Origin: a virus
Length of the DNA: 64,000 nt
IMG/VR virus record: IMGVR_UViG_3300012228_000001
Coordinates: 39,293-103,292 of that record
Direction: 5' to 3' (one strand)
Every line of letters begins with the position of its first letter. The first letter of the stretch is position 1. The notes below the pieces were generated by a model. That model had not been told where the DNA came from. It worked only from the letters and a program-made list of their open reading frames with translations, and did not search any database. The position numbers and the translations under genes were made by a program. Shown one piece after another: positions 47,559-57,630 of the stretch.

Positions 47559-48593
47559 CTACGGAAAATGGATAGGTCCGACGTGCCTTGCCGTCGCTCC
47601 TGCGTAAGATGGTGCCCGGAACGCATAGTATTGCATCACCACCGAACTTTCGTTTACCGCCGTACTCGATCCCACTGAAAAGCCATCCGCGTCAATCGTT
47701 GCGCCCCCGGTGCCGCAAGTCGTGGCGTCTGTCCTACAACGCACGTCCGTAGTCATGGATGGAATTTTTATTGCGGTAGCCGTTGTTGCCGAGTTGCCTT
47801 TGACAAAAATAACTTGTGGCTGAAAGGTAAAGGATGTGAATGACTGACTGGTGCCGTTGCCCGTGTAATTACCAGACTTCGAGAAACTCGCGGATACTTG
47901 CTTGGTACAGATATAAAAATAGTTTGAGTCTAATTCGTTGACTAGCCCACTGGTGCCAACGACGATCCCGTTGGCGTCAAACGATTCGATTGCGTTGGCG
48001 TCGAACGCCGAAGCAGAGAAATTGGCGCTAGAATTAGCGGCGAAATTGCTCGAACGCCACGAACCGTCATTGGCGGTCCCGGCACTTTGCTCAAATATCG
48101 CACACCATTCCGGTTGGAAATCCGGCACGCTGCCAACACTGGTCGCGCTGATATCAATGGGCCGGGCATCCGTCGTGCCATCGCCAACGTAAGTCCCGAC
48201 TGCCATATCATTGTTCGCGTCGTAGCCCCACGCGACGAAATAACAACTCGCACCCGATGCGTTGGCGCGTGCGTCCGAACCGACGACGAAACCGTTGGTG
48301 GTAAAGCTTTGAATCGTGTTGCTAATCATCGTGACGTTGCCGACCGCCATTTGGAGCGCTTCGCTGCTCCCCATCGAAGAATTCCGAAACATGGCATGGT
48401 TGGCCGAGTCGCACTTAACCACCACGGCATCAGGTTGAAAATCGGCAACGGTCGGGTTCGACCAGTCGGAAATATCGATTGTCCTATCATCGGCTATATT
48501 TCCGGTGTAGCGGCCTGTCGCCAGTTTGTAAGCCAGCGCCGGATCGGCGTAGAGCAAGACCGCGAGGATGGCAGTAGTGAGAAGTTTTTTCAT
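47559..48593 (-). CDS. Repeat beta-domain virion appendage protein with signal peptide
   Basis: Three G.YTG[ND]..FQP..GF.VG..N repeats; MKKLLTTAILAVLLYADPALA|Y. Confidence 0.65.
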   Translation of the reverse strand: MKKLLTTAILAVLLYADPALAYKLATGRYTGNIADDRTIDISDWSNPTVADFQPDAVVVKCDSANHAMFRNSSMGSSEALQMAVGNVTMISNTIQSFTTNGFVVGSDARANASGASCYFVAWGYDANNDMAVGTYVGDGTTDARPIDISATSVGSVPDFQPEWCAIFEQSAGTANDGSWRSSNFAANSSANFSASAFDANAIESFDANGIVVGTSGLVNELDSNYFYICTKQVSASFSKSGNYTGNGTSQSFTSFTFQPQVIFVKGNSATTATAIKIPSMTTDVRCRTDATTCGTGGATIDADGFSVGSSTAVNESSVVMQYYAFRAPSYAGATARHVGPIHFP

Positions 48594-48595
48594 GG

Positions 48596-50098
48596 CTAAT
48601 CCGATAGTGATACGACTGTATATTCCATTGTAACGTCGACGATCTTCACGTTAGCGACTTGAGTCGTTGTCGTTGCGGTAGCATCGATTTGCCCCTGTAT
48701 GCGTAGCAAATTGCCGCCAGCACAAGTGCCATTCGGTGTGACCGCTGCGCTTATTTTTTTCACAAGGGCGTTCTGCACGCAGGCCGAACCGCCGCAAGTC
48801 CCACCGGCGTCAAAATCGACATTGACCGGCTGCTCACCAGTAGTTGAAATCGTTGTCGCTATCGCGGTTCCAAGCGGCACGCAGCTCGCCGAGAAGTCTA
48901 TCTCGAAATCATTGGCTGGACTCGCGTTGACATTCGTTAAACCCACTTCAAACGTGAGCGTTCCGCCGTCCCAACTTTTTGGCATTTTATAGCTACGGTG
49001 GAATCCGTCGCTATTTGAATCCGTGCAGGTAATGTACGGCTCGATTAAGCCGCCACTGATTAACGCCAAGGTGGTGTTTAGAGCGCAAGAACCTTGCATG
49101 TAAAACGAATCCGCTGTCAAAACTACGGTTTTCTTCGGCCTGTGCGCTGGAGCAAAAAGATACTTATCGAGTTGCGTAGCCGCACCGGGATTAAAGGTGA
49201 GAATCGGCGTCGCGCCTTCTTCGTCGTATAGCTCGATTTTATGGCCGGTTCGCGCTCTTATCCGAAAGTCGCCCGCCACCGAAGTCTCGAAGTAACAGAC
49301 GTTCACGTCGTCGCAATAAATATCCCAAAATACATTCCCATTGCCGAACTGACATTTATCCGTCTGCGTACAATTATCGGTCGTGTTGCCACGCGCCATC
49401 ACTGTATCGAGCGTATCGATTTCGCCGAGCAACGTTGCGCCGGTAAAGTCTTGAGTTCCGCTCCATGCGAAATTCGCCGTTTCATCTATCTGGTTTGGCC
49501 CTATAGAGTTTCCAACAACGTTCCACTTGGCCTGCCCGGCAGTGCCAATATCAACGTCAATGGTTGCGGTATCGGTCGCGACGCGCTCCCCGGTAATTGC
49601 TCCGGTTGCCGTGCCGACCACGAAGTCAATCGCGTTGGCATTTGCCTGACTGAATTTTTCGGTGTCTAACTCTTGAATTGCCCCCTGCACGTCGTTCGCG
49701 GCGATATTGCCCGTTGGCGTAAATGGCACTTCGGATGCTATCTGATCGTCACTGCCGACCCCACCGCCACCCCCAATGGTCGCCCAAGTATCGGGCGCCA
49801 AGCATCCCATCAGGACTTCTGAAGCTGGCACTCCCGTCTTAAAATGCTGATCGCCGATTGCGCAGGTTGCGGGCGGCGTCGGCCCTATCGTTGTCGGCGC
49901 GGTATGCAAAGCCCCACCCAAGCGAAAGATCAAGTCGGCGTCCGATACGACCGTGCCCTTGAGAACCGGCGCGAGAAGCGTCTTGTTCGACAACGTTTGC
50001 GGCGCATCGGTCGTGACGTATTCTTGAGAATCCGCTGCGAATGCTTGGGCCTGTATAAACAGAATCAGCGGGAGCAAAATCGTTTTGACTACTCGCAT
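48596..50098 (-). CDS. Fibre-like structural protein with signal peptide
   Basis: MRVVKTILLPLILFIQAQAFA|A; QTLSNKTL and A.DVQGAIQELDTEK fibre motifs. Confidence 0.65.
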   Translation of the reverse strand: MRVVKTILLPLILFIQAQAFAADSQEYVTTDAPQTLSNKTLLAPVLKGTVVSDADLIFRLGGALHTAPTTIGPTPPATCAIGDQHFKTGVPASEVLMGCLAPDTWATIGGGGGVGSDDQIASEVPFTPTGNIAANDVQGAIQELDTEKFSQANANAIDFVVGTATGAITGERVATDTATIDVDIGTAGQAKWNVVGNSIGPNQIDETANFAWSGTQDFTGATLLGEIDTLDTVMARGNTTDNCTQTDKCQFGNGNVFWDIYCDDVNVCYFETSVAGDFRIRARTGHKIELYDEEGATPILTFNPGAATQLDKYLFAPAHRPKKTVVLTADSFYMQGSCALNTTLALISGGLIEPYITCTDSNSDGFHRSYKMPKSWDGGTLTFEVGLTNVNASPANDFEIDFSASCVPLGTAIATTISTTGEQPVNVDFDAGGTCGGSACVQNALVKKISAAVTPNGTCAGGNLLRIQGQIDATATTTTQVANVKIVDVTMEYTVVSLSD

Positions 50099-50100
50099 AT

Positions 50101-50301
50101 TTACACCGTCACTTCCGTCGCCGTGAGAATTCCATCGTCGTCGATAGTCAGTTTCCAAACCTTAGTCGGCGACGCGAGAATCGCATAGGGCAAAATCGAG
50201 TCGCCGGTGGCTAGGGCATACACGCCCCCATGAGGATCAGTGGTTGTCTCGTGATAGATAAGTTCATCACGGGCTACTTGGTCGATTACTTCAACTGCCA
50301 T
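50101..50301 (-). CDS. Small structural protein
   Basis: ILASPTKVWKLTIDDDGILT, a gp53-like tail motif. Confidence 0.5.
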   Translation of the reverse strand: MAVEVIDQVARDELIYHETTTDPHGGVYALATGDSILPYAILASPTKVWKLTIDDDGILTATEVTV

Positions 50302-50305
50302 GTTT

Positions 50306-50926
50306 TCACCTATGGCGACGCTCTCCGTAGAAATGCGCGTTGATATTGGCTGGCACCGTCGCGACCGTTTGCGTGTCATTGCCGACCGGCAAGTCGGCGA
50401 CCGTCACAACGACCGTGATAGATTTCGGCGTTTCGACTTCGGGGTCTGTGCCGTCGAGCAAGGTAAACTCGCCGCCTGCGCCGACTGCTACCGCTGTGCC
50501 GATAACCCCGCCCGGCGAAGTCCATTTCAGGGTTTGCCCAACCGCCGTGAAAGTCAGCGTGCCGTTGCCCGTCCCATTGTTGGCCGATACCGATTTGATC
50601 GCGACGCCGGTCATGCCGCTGGCGACAAGCGGGATGTTTAGCTTCATGGCATACGCGGGAAACTTTAGTTCGTTGCGGCCAAACAAGTCGTCAAGCGCCG
50701 TCGACTCGCCCATCCATACGAAGTTTTGGCCGTCCGGCGAAGAGAAGATATCAACCTTGGCGAAGATGCCGAGCGATCCGAAAAAGCTGATGCTCGGCTC
50801 CCATCCCTGCGTAAGCAGGATCGGACTATCGCCCGCTGATTCGCTCGCGTCGAAGAACGCGAACCGTTCGTCGAAATTGTCCAGCCGGTAGATCGGGCTG
50901 TCAATCGAGTTGCCGAGCAGCTCCAT
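50306..50926 (-). CDS. Putative structural protein
   Basis: Beta-rich; paralogous to 50927-51322. Confidence 0.55.
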   Translation of the reverse strand: MELLGNSIDSPIYRLDNFDERFAFFDASESAGDSPILLTQGWEPSISFFGSLGIFAKVDIFSSPDGQNFVWMGESTALDDLFGRNELKFPAYAMKLNIPLVASGMTGVAIKSVSANNGTGNGTLTFTAVGQTLKWTSPGGVIGTAVAVGAGGEFTLLDGTDPEVETPKSITVVVTVADLPVGNDTQTVATVPANINAHFYGERRHR

Positions 50927-51322
50927 TTACTTGCGGCGCTCCGCGTAGACTTGGGCGCTCACGTTGCCGCCAGCCGCCGCCGTCAAGTCAACAATGATTG
51001 AATGGATAGGGAAGTGCAGCTCATTTCGCCCAAGCGATTTGATCGCCGTTGCTTGCGTAACCGTCGCGACCTTGATCCAATTCACGCCGTCCGGCGACGT
51101 GTAAACGTCAAGGCTGAAAGTCGCTGCCGTGTGATAAATGAATAGGTTCGGCTCGAAGCCCGCGACAACTGCGGCCCGGCCATTTTCTGCGGCGCTCTTG
51201 GCGTCAAGTAGCAGCGCGTTAAGAGATTGATTTTGAAATAGATGCGTCGGCCCGTCTATCGTCTTGAAGCCGAGCGAACCATCCGCTTGAGTAACGGGTG
51301 TCAGCGTTGCGCCTAGCGCCAT
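50927..51322 (-). CDS. Putative structural protein
   Basis: SPDGVNW..GRNELHFP..YAERR shared with the neighbour. Confidence 0.55.
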   Translation of the reverse strand: MALGATLTPVTQADGSLGFKTIDGPTHLFQNQSLNALLLDAKSAAENGRAAVVAGFEPNLFIYHTAATFSLDVYTSPDGVNWIKVATVTQATAIKSLGRNELHFPIHSIIVDLTAAAGGNVSAQVYAERRK

Positions 51323-51352
51323 TCATAGGTTGGTCTCATTGGACTCGGCTCC

Positions 51353-51574
51353 TTAGTATTTTATTTCCACGTCTTCGCACTCGTTTGCATTGTCGGTGAG
51401 CGTTGCTTTGACTTTGCGGATCATCGCTTCCCGCGCCATGTCACGATTCAACTCTTTGACTTCTAACGGTATCCGATTCACCACGGCTTTGCATTTCACG
51501 CAACCATCCCCCGTGTCGTAGTACAAGAATCGAACAGTCTCGTGCATAGCTCTCTCCGCAGTCAAATCCACCAA
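51353..51574 (-). CDS. Hypothetical protein
   Basis: ORF in the packed operon. Confidence 0.4.
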   Translation of the reverse strand: MVDLTAERAMHETVRFLYYDTGDGCVKCKAVVNRIPLEVKELNRDMAREAMIRKVKATLTDNANECEDVEIKY

Positions 51575-51753
51575 CTATCAAGTTTGCCATTTAGCGAACC
51601 GAGGATCGTAATAATTACGAGAAACACCACGATCCCCAACAATAGTTGAGGCGGCACCGTCAAGCCCAACAAGCCAAGCACCCAAATTACAGCATGGTAA
51701 CAAATAAAACCGAGTACAATCGCCGCCAAAATTTGCAGCACTCGTCGTAGCAT
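51562..51753 (-). CDS. Small two-TM membrane protein
   Basis: Hydrophobic 63 aa; SD AAGGGG. Confidence 0.55.
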   Translation of the reverse strand: MLRRVLQILAAIVLGFICYHAVIWVLGLLGLTVPPQLLLGIVVFLVIITILGSLNGKLDSWWI

Positions 51754-51766
51754 AACGCCCCCTTGG

Positions 51767-52948
51767 TTAATATGCCGTGATCGGCTCGGTGCCGGTCGGT
51801 CGTAACGGCTCGGTTGGTATTGGCCCCTCTACGTCCAGCCCCATTTGTTCACGCCCCGCACGGTATGGTCCGGCGTGCTGCTCGAATAGCGTGTTGGTTA
51901 CTTCGCCCCAATACTTTTGCCAGTCCGAGCACATTTCGTTCGGATGCGTCGCGCCAATTACGGCGCGGTATAGCCGTTCCTTGCGCACGCCAATATCTAT
52001 TTCTGGCGCAGTGCCGTTCTCAAGATCGCGAACACGATAGAGTCTCGGCGTGCCATCCGGGTTGGTGTAGAGCGCGAGACAGATTTTGCAGGCGTTCGGT
52101 CGCGTGATGCGGTAGACTCTATCTTGGAGCGTAAACTTTCCACTAGCTCGGTCTGCCCGCCAGCTTCCAACGCTGTACGCATTCGCGATTTCAGTACGCG
52201 CAATTCTCTCGAAGTCACGGTATATCCCGCCTGCTCTTTCCTCTTTGAACATATCGCGGGCAAGCGCTAACGGATGAATTCGCCGCTCGATGCCTTGCCT
52301 TATCATGTTGCGAAGCAACTCGCGCTCGCGCCGTAAAGCCGCCCCACGGATAAGCCTGCCCGCTTGGTCATAAACTGGCATAAGCAGGTTCAAGCTTTCA
52401 CTGCGGGCAATATTTATCGCCTGCCGCTCTGCCGCCGATACAGGATGCGCCATCGCGGCCCGGACAAGTTCGTCGAACGTCCGCAACCGTCGCGCTTGAA
52501 TCAAGTGGCGAATAAGCGCGAAGCGATAAGCTAAACCGGGAAAGTCTAAAACTTCTTGTTGAGTCCAGCCCCATCGGCGCAACCGGCGCTCGACTGCCGG
52601 GTCAACCGGAATGCCGACCATGCGCGAAGTGTGCGCCAAGCCGACTTCGAACATCGTGGTTTCCAGTTCCGATAGCTGCGCGGGTGTTAAGTTAGCGAAC
52701 GTGCCGCCGTGCTGGCGTAAATAATCCTCGACAACACGCCAGATATGGCGCTGTGCGCTCACGAAATGCTGCCGCGCCCGGCCTGCAAGCTGATTCAAAA
52801 ACCATTCGTCAAACTCTTCGGACATGGCTTGTCCCGTAGGAGTCCGCACGGCCTTGCATACCGGGTCATGCAAGTCTTGGACTATAAACAAAAGCGCCTC
52901 GATCTGTTCGGGCGAAGCACTCTCAAGGTTCTCTATTCGCAGGTTCAC
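51767..52948 (-). CDS. MuF/gp7-like head morphogenesis protein
   Basis: ERIARTEIANAY..G, ACKICL.LY...DG.PR, HPN..C motifs; near the portal gene. Confidence 0.75.
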   Translation of the reverse strand: MNLRIENLESASPEQIEALLFIVQDLHDPVCKAVRTPTGQAMSEEFDEWFLNQLAGRARQHFVSAQRHIWRVVEDYLRQHGGTFANLTPAQLSELETTMFEVGLAHTSRMVGIPVDPAVERRLRRWGWTQQEVLDFPGLAYRFALIRHLIQARRLRTFDELVRAAMAHPVSAAERQAINIARSESLNLLMPVYDQAGRLIRGAALRRERELLRNMIRQGIERRIHPLALARDMFKEERAGGIYRDFERIARTEIANAYSVGSWRADRASGKFTLQDRVYRITRPNACKICLALYTNPDGTPRLYRVRDLENGTAPEIDIGVRKERLYRAVIGATHPNEMCSDWQKYWGEVTNTLFEQHAGPYRAGREQMGLDVEGPIPTEPLRPTGTEPITAY

Positions 52949-52950
52949 TT

Positions 52951-53211
52951 TTACTCGTCTTTTTTAGCTGTCCGGCTTCCCCCTAAGTGGCGCGTTTGAT
53001 CGGCCATGCTTTCTCCAGATTCCGCTCTGTCGGCCCCTAAGAATTCATCGGTCAACCGATCACCTGATCGTGATGGCATGGGCGTCCGTTCCAGCGGGTC
53101 GACTATTACCGTTTCCACGACGGCTGCGCTTCGAGCGACTTCAGACGGATCGACTATCAGTGCCAACGCTCTAAGCTTGCTGCGCACTCGATCTTGATCC
53201 GTGTGAGTCAT
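52951..53211 (-). CDS. Hypothetical protein
   Basis: Fills the gap between the peptidase and MuF-like genes. Confidence 0.4.
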   Translation of the reverse strand: MTHTDQDRVRSKLRALALIVDPSEVARSAAVVETVIVDPLERTPMPSRSGDRLTDEFLGADRAESGESMADQTRHLGGSRTAKKDE

Positions 53212-54124
53212 GCCGTCGCCGCCGTCGCGTGCCGCGCCCCTTTTCTAAATGCTCGGCCTGATCTTCTTTGCTCTCCCCCGACTCTTGCCTGTCGGCTTCA
53301 AGTTCGTCGCCCGCCTCTTGGTAATCTTCGGGAGCGCCAGGGTCATCTGTCCGCTGCGGCTCTGTCACCGGCACCGCGTTCGCGTCCGGTTCCGCTTCCC
53401 GCTCTTCGTCGACTCGCTCCAAGAACTTGTCGAGTAAGCCCAAGTCCAACAGGCTCTTTCGCTTGGTCGTGTTTTGGGCGTCGATGATCGCGTAAGCTTC
53501 ATCGCAGTATCGTTGGAAAAACGCCCACGTCATCGGTTGCTTGCGGCCCCACGTCACGCAGGTCAGCCACGTCGCGTTGTAGCCCAAGATGTAAACGTAG
53601 TGGCCGTTGTACGGGTTCGGCGCGAAACTGGTATCGCTCCACGGCTTACCCGCATCGATTGCCTCTTGCCAGTTATCCGGCAGTGACAGCCCAATGCCGA
53701 TACCGAGATCGGCGAAGATACCGGCCTTCACTTCGTTGGGGTTGTGGTGATCGATTTCCGCATACGCCCTGCACTGATACTTCCCGCCGCCAGCTTCCCA
53801 TCCCTTGCGCCGCCAAGTGCGAAGCGAACGCAACAAAACAAGCCCGCTGTCCTCTCCGTGAGTCTCGCGCAAGTATTGATCGATAACTTCTTGATCGGTG
53901 ATCGGCAGTATTTTCTGTTGTTCGATCAATTCGAAGCGCAAGGTCTGGTGCGCCCGCCCGGCAATCACGCAATTGCCATACTGATCGTTGGCGAACATCG
54001 GCGTCGGCACACCGGGATGTATCGTGTCGAAGTCGTACTCTTCGGGCACTTCGAACGCCCTAAGCAAGCTTTTCAGTTTCAGATTGCGCTCGTCATGCTC
54101 CGCTATCAGTTTTCCTAGTTTCAT
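53171..54124 (-). CDS. Papain-like cysteine peptidase domain protein
   Basis: MFANDQYGNCVIAG (Cys), GHYVYILGY (His), CVTWG. Confidence 0.7.
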   Translation of the reverse strand: MKLGKLIAEHDERNLKLKSLLRAFEVPEEYDFDTIHPGVPTPMFANDQYGNCVIAGRAHQTLRFELIEQQKILPITDQEVIDQYLRETHGEDSGLVLLRSLRTWRRKGWEAGGGKYQCRAYAEIDHHNPNEVKAGIFADLGIGIGLSLPDNWQEAIDAGKPWSDTSFAPNPYNGHYVYILGYNATWLTCVTWGRKQPMTWAFFQRYCDEAYAIIDAQNTTKRKSLLDLGLLDKFLERVDEEREAEPDANAVPVTEPQRTDDPGAPEDYQEAGDELEADRQESGESKEDQAEHLEKGRGTRRRRRHDSHGSRSSAQQA

Positions 54125-54149
54125 GGATTTGCCCCACGTTTGAATTGAG

Positions 54150-54177
54150 AATAAAGCGCGGCCCGTGAAGGCCGCGC
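54150..54177 (-). terminator. Possible terminator hairpin
   Basis: GCGCGGCC-TTCACG-GGCCGCGC followed by TTTATT. Confidence 0.4.
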
Positions 54178-54204
54178 CCATCACCATTACGCTTGCCTCA
54201 TGGC

Positions 54205-54417
54205 TTACGGCACGTTCGCCGCCATAGCGTCAGCGATTTTCTGCCTGTTGGCTAATACGTTCGCCAGGACTCCATCAACAATTGCCTGCGCTGATGGATC
54301 ACCGGCCAACGCATCGGCTAACTGCGTCTTGAGCTGGTCGACGAAAGTAACAAACGAATCCAGACTTGTCGTTTCCGCTGTTACCGCATCAACAAGCGGC
54401 TGTAAATCTACTGCCAT
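54205..54417 (-). CDS. Small helical protein
   Basis: SD AAGGGGG; ends A.AANVP. Confidence 0.55.
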   Translation of the reverse strand: MAVDLQPLVDAVTAETTSLDSFVTFVDQLKTQLADALAGDPSAQAIVDGVLANVLANRQKIADAMAANVP

Positions 54418-54434
54418 AATAATTCCCCCCTTTC

Positions 54435-54689
54435 CTATTTTTTCGCCTCTTCGATCTTCTCCCTGTTCGCCCTAATTCGCGCTGCCTGCTCATCGATCTG
54501 CGCTTGCGTAATCCCCCCGCTGCTAATGCTTTCAATGGCTTGGTGAATGTTGGTCAACGTGGCGCTTATTGTCTTTAGCACCGTGACAAGTTCGATGAAG
54601 CTTGACTCGCTCATCGCCAATTCAACCCTAGTCACGCGCACGTTGAGCGCCGCGACGCCCTTTTCAACCTGATCGAGTCTTGTTGCCAT
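54435..54689 (-). CDS. Small coiled-coil protein
   Basis: SD GAGGA. Confidence 0.5.
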   Translation of the reverse strand: MATRLDQVEKGVAALNVRVTRVELAMSESSFIELVTVLKTISATLTNIHQAIESISSGGITQAQIDEQAARIRANREKIEEAKK

Positions 54690-54698
54690 ACGGTATCC

Positions 54699-55286
54699 TC
54701 ACGGCGCTGGCGGATTGCATGGCGGGGTCGCCGTATTGAGATTCACCCACGAACCAACAAAGCGCCACCACGTTTTCGACCGACCGAGCACATGGACTGT
54801 CCCGTTGCACAATGCCAGCTTACTGCCGCTCGCATCGAACACGCGGGCATTATTGCGCAGCACCCAATAATTGCCCGGCGTTGCTAAGTTTTCCGATCCT
54901 AAACTCCACACGTCGGCGCGGGTCACAACGTTCGATATGTTCGCGGCTGGCGGAACGAACGTGCCATCGGGAGTCTGCGCTCCCGCCAGTGTCTTGCACG
55001 CCGCATTCGAATACGCGGACGCGCCTACCGCGTTAAACGCGGCCACGCGGTAACAGTAGGTGTTTGGCAATATGCCGTCCTGTAGCGTGCTGTCGCTGTA
55101 AGCCGTGATGTTCGCGCCTATCGCTGCGGCCACCACTTGCCACGGCGAACCGTTCAATTGCCGCTCAAGCACAAAGCCGTCTTCGTTGTTCGCGTTGTCG
55201 GTCCATGCAAGATCGGCGGTTGCGGCCAATGCCATGCGCCCACAAAGCATGAGCCCGAGTAAAATAATCAATGGCGTTTTCATCAT
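54699..55286 (-). CDS. Fibronectin type III domain protein with signal peptide
   Basis: LAWTDNANNEDGF.LER..YCYRVAAFN.VG.S.YSN; N-terminal ..ALA|A. Confidence 0.75.
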   Translation of the reverse strand: MMKTPLIILLGLMLCGRMALAATADLAWTDNANNEDGFVLERQLNGSPWQVVAAAIGANITAYSDSTLQDGILPNTYCYRVAAFNAVGASAYSNAACKTLAGAQTPDGTFVPPAANISNVVTRADVWSLGSENLATPGNYWVLRNNARVFDASGSKLALCNGTVHVLGRSKTWWRFVGSWVNLNTATPPCNPPAP

Positions 55287-57121
55287 AACGTCCAGTTATC
55301 GTAGCGATCCTTGCCTTTGTTTACGACAACCAAAAACTTTTCCTTGGCGCTCTTGGTCGCCGCCTGCGCTATGTTTTGCTGCCCCTGCTCGCCTGCGGCC
55401 ATGCCGTTGTTCTGCCGTCCGGCCATCGCGCCGCCGCCCTGACTCTCCTGATCGCCGCCCTCTTCATCGTCGCCAAGATTGTTGAGCACGTCCTGCGGTA
55501 AACCCATCTGTTGCGCTTGCCCCCCCATGCCCATAGCCTCTTGTTGCTCTTGCATTAGCTTGCCCTGATAAACCTGCATAAGCACGGGGTTGAGCGGCGC
55601 GTTGCCCAAGTCTTCGTCTTCCATTTCGTCGTCGCCTAGCGCGTGCCGCATTTCGTTTACGGTCCACGCGAGTTTCTTCATTTCGAAGATGTTCTTTTGC
55701 TCTTCGGGATGAAGCCCCATGTACCGCATGACATAGCAAGGATTGTAGACCGGGATGATAAACTCGTTGTAGATTCCCTCAATCCAAGACGCCAGCGGTT
55801 CAAGCCCCTTGTCTCTGGCGTGCGCCAGTTTCTCGCTGGTATCTTCGCCGCCAAGTGGCGTTGACGACCGCGACGTAAAAGCGTCGCTGTTGATCTCTTC
55901 AGGCGACATGCCCCATATCGCGCAGATAATGCTCGTCAAGAAAGTCATCCACTTGGCGAACATCATTTCGTTCACTTCGCCATCGATCTTAGTGAACGTG
56001 CTTGATGCCTCTTTGTTCGGTGAAACGAACACGGGTAAACGCCAGCGCTGCGCCGGGCCTGATAGGCTCGCGTTCCACATACGCTTGAAGTCGTTTAACT
56101 GGCTCTGATCGAAGTTGCCGAATACCGTCAAGATGCCCCGTGGAATGTTGTTCCGATCAAAGAACGCTTGGTTGTACGTCAATGCGTTCAAAAAGCCGGT
56201 CACAAGCTTGACGACCATTTCGGTCTCGCCGTAGCCGTAGCGGCTCGCTTGAATGTCGGTGCGCGGGTTGCGCACTTCGTAGATGATATCCTGCGGCGTG
56301 TAAAACGAGCACACCATATCGTTGTAAATTTGCAGCGCAATAATCCGGTCATCGCCAAGATAGCCCTCTTCATGCGCGATGCGGATGGTCTCGGCGGCAA
56401 TGTTGTAGATGCCGCTGATCTTTGAACCGTCCTGTGTCATTTCGGTTTCGATAGGCGCGGCGTCGCAAGTCAGTGTGTCGCGCACAAGCTTGGCGATAAA
56501 CGTCGACATATTATCGCGGTGCTTGATCCACTTGCGCTTGCGCGGGTCGGGTTCATCGCCGCAATTCATTATGAACGTTTGGATATCCTCGGCGGTTTTC
56601 TTCTCTTCGTCGGTAAGCCTGTCGCCGACTTTTTTGTGCTTGGGAATACAGACAAAACCTAGCGGGTGTTCGTCCTGCGAGTCGTAGGCGCATGACATGC
56701 TGTTCAGTTGCCGAATGCGCGTGATGATCGCTGCGTTCAAGATCGGACAATGCTCGACCATCATTTTAAGCGCGGTGAATCCAAAGGGTGAAAGTTTCTC
56801 CACCCAATGATTCATGTGACCGCCGCTGATAATGCCGAGTTCGTCGATATACAGATACGACCGATGCGATCCCTTGCGGTGCATGACCGGCAAGACACCG
56901 GGCGGGTTGGCCTTGACGGCCTTCTCAACAACCGCGTCGGTTGGCCCCATGCCGGTGCGCCATTGCCCTATCTGCGGGACTTGATAAGTGCCGTCCACAG
57001 ACTTCTGCAACTCCAATTGCTGTTGGAGCATGAGCACTTCTTCGGAACGAACGACGCCTGCTTTCGCTTCGTCTAAGAACTCGCGAAATAGTTCGTTATT
57101 CACGTCGCGCCGTTCAGCCAT
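55283..57121 (-). CDS. Portal protein
   Basis: YEVRNPRTD..YGYGETE, YNQAFF..PRGIL, ICAIWGMSPEEIN, GLEPL, TVNEMR; ATG 57121 has an SD (ORF is open to 57196). Confidence 0.9.
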   Translation of the reverse strand: MAERRDVNNELFREFLDEAKAGVVRSEEVLMLQQQLELQKSVDGTYQVPQIGQWRTGMGPTDAVVEKAVKANPPGVLPVMHRKGSHRSYLYIDELGIISGGHMNHWVEKLSPFGFTALKMMVEHCPILNAAIITRIRQLNSMSCAYDSQDEHPLGFVCIPKHKKVGDRLTDEEKKTAEDIQTFIMNCGDEPDPRKRKWIKHRDNMSTFIAKLVRDTLTCDAAPIETEMTQDGSKISGIYNIAAETIRIAHEEGYLGDDRIIALQIYNDMVCSFYTPQDIIYEVRNPRTDIQASRYGYGETEMVVKLVTGFLNALTYNQAFFDRNNIPRGILTVFGNFDQSQLNDFKRMWNASLSGPAQRWRLPVFVSPNKEASSTFTKIDGEVNEMMFAKWMTFLTSIICAIWGMSPEEINSDAFTSRSSTPLGGEDTSEKLAHARDKGLEPLASWIEGIYNEFIIPVYNPCYVMRYMGLHPEEQKNIFEMKKLAWTVNEMRHALGDDEMEDEDLGNAPLNPVLMQVYQGKLMQEQQEAMGMGGQAQQMGLPQDVLNNLGDDEEGGDQESQGGGAMAGRQNNGMAAGEQGQQNIAQAATKSAKEKFLVVVNKGKDRYDNWTL

Positions 57122-57198
57122 CGGCGCACCCTCGTTGGTGATAATCGCAAATTTGTCGGAGAAGTTCATCCGGGCCTTTAAGGCATGGACGGACAAGT

Positions 57199-57465
57199 CT
57201 ACGGCGCTGATCCGCCGACCGGCTCGTCAAACCGCTGCCGTTTTCGAACGTAAAAAACTTCGATATCGCTGTCGACGCGCTGGACGATTTGCTCGCAGTC
57301 TGCCGGGTCAAGGTCGCCGTACTTGGCAATGAACGCAGCTAGAATTTCTTCACGCTGCGCGAGGATACGGCGTCGACGTTCGATGGCAAGATTGTAGATT
57401 TGCGCGGCCATATAAGACAACTCTCGGCTTGAGTCCAATAACGGGTTGCAGGCGAATGGTGACAT
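57199..57465 (-). CDS. Hypothetical protein
   Basis: ORF between the promoter cluster and portal. Confidence 0.45.
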   Translation of the reverse strand: MSPFACNPLLDSSRELSYMAAQIYNLAIERRRRILAQREEILAAFIAKYGDLDPADCEQIVQRVDSDIEVFYVRKRQRFDEPVGGSAP

Positions 57466-57507
57466 GGTTATGGCGGCTCGATAATTGCTAAGACTGCTTA
57501 GTCCTAC

Positions 57508-57536
57508 GCAATAGCCGCAAACGGCGGGTTTGTCAA
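57508..57536 (-). promoter_or_regulatory. Sigma70-like promoter
   Basis: TTGACA-N17-TATTGC. Confidence 0.45.
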
Positions 57537-57630
57537 ACTAAAACGCAGCCGATTAGCCAGATGACGCCGACAACTCGAATCCAGAAAATGACTTCGAGTA
57601 GCCATGCGCGGTCGTCCTGTCGGTCCATAA

